This document shows, one piece after another, positions 62,963 to 64,000 of a DNA stretch of 64,000 bases. Made by a program: the position numbers and the translations under genes. Location of the stretch: positions 45,260,001-45,324,000 of the forward strand of contig NC_043013.1 in assembly GCF_006345805.1 (NCBI RefSeq), read 5' to 3'. This DNA comes from Octopus sinensis. Lineage: Eukaryota. Every line of letters starts with the position of its first letter. Position 1 is the stretch's first letter. The notes below the pieces were generated by a model. It was not told the origin of the DNA. It saw only the letters and a program-made list of their open reading frames with translations, and made no database searches.

Positions 62963-64000
62963 CAACTCCTGCACAAACCTGCCCTATGGGTCCTAGCACT
63001 CACAGAGCTGGCTACCAAGTTTTCTTGGGATATGGTGACCAAGATCACAACATTCCTCCGTAACAGGATTCCAGTCCGTTGCCGGGTCACTCATTTACAG
63101 CTGAATGAACCGGAGCAACATGAAATGAAGTGTTTTGCTCTCAAGAACACAATGCACAGAATCGTCTTGGGATTGAAACCACGATCTTGTGATCATTAGA
63201 GCAACATCCTATCCACTAGATCATATGCCTTAATGAAGTCAATAACGCTAGACTCAAAAGCTTTAATGGGTTCCCACTTCATTCATAGGTTTGCTGGATA
63301 GTTGTTGATTCCTCGTTGAGTTTATCTACCTTTATAGGTATTGTTTTATCATCCTGTCAGAATATCTACAGACTCTCCACACAAGACAGTGAGACTCTAG
63401 TGTGGTGTTGGCAGTCACTGGCAATCCACCCATGAAATAGTTGTACTGGCTTACATGATCACTAGTACAGAATCATTTTTGATGTGACCTGATATATATA
63501 TATAACCCTTTAAAAACATTATTTAAAAATTTTTTTTATTTATGCACCCTTTTCAAGCCTAGCCAGGCTCATGGGCCCGGTTTCCCGGTTTCTGTGGCGT
63601 ATGTGTTCCCAACCAGCTGGACAGGATGCCAGTCCATCACAGCATTACTCAAGAAACAGGAAGAAAGAGTGAGAAAAAGTTGGGGGTGAAAGAGTACAAC
63701 AGGGGTCATCCCCACCCCCTGCCGGAGCCTTATGGAGCTTTAGGTGTTTTTGCTCAATAAACACACACAACGTCTGGTCCGGGAATCGAAACCGCGATCC
63801 TCTGACCGCAAGTTCATTGCCCTAACCACTGGGCCATTGTGCCTCCACTTTAACAACATTAAACAAGTAAAATTGTTAGAACTAAGGATAAAACAAAAAC
63901 AAAAAAAAACCTCCAAATAACTCAGAACAAAACAACTTTGTCTATTTTATATCACCTGCTCCAAATAAATAGCAATATTGATTTATTTTGAAGCAGTATG

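Overview
Repeat-dense eukaryotic DNA with GT-AG introns, (TA)n/(CA)n/(CAT)n microsatellites and tRNA-derived and RTE-related SINE families. An octopus/cephalopod origin is inferred from these repeats and was not confirmed by a search. Two spliced genes could be rebuilt by hand, with exon phases joining in frame. IGBP1 (alpha4/Tap42) lies on the minus strand: 8 coding exons from 22969 down to 1985, with the last exon(s) left of the window. FMC1 (C7orf55-like) lies on the plus strand: 3 coding exons, 23047-32062, 107 aa. Their start codons are head-to-head and only 77 nt apart. The rest is mostly transposon debris: RTE/RTE-X, CR1 and HERO/R2-like LINE fragments, three decayed mariners, Helitrons, MITEs with 8-bp TSDs, and many SINEs. 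The most striking unexplained signal is a cluster of minimal type I hammerhead-ribozyme-like motifs of Penelope type between 28.9 and 40.7 kb, several inside long foldback hairpins. It includes three copies of a variant whose core reads GUGAACA instead of CUGANGA, a compensatory G3-C8 swap that standard hammerhead searches would miss. No ribozyme activity is demonstrated here. Repeat boundaries are approximate unless TSDs or TIRs are quoted.
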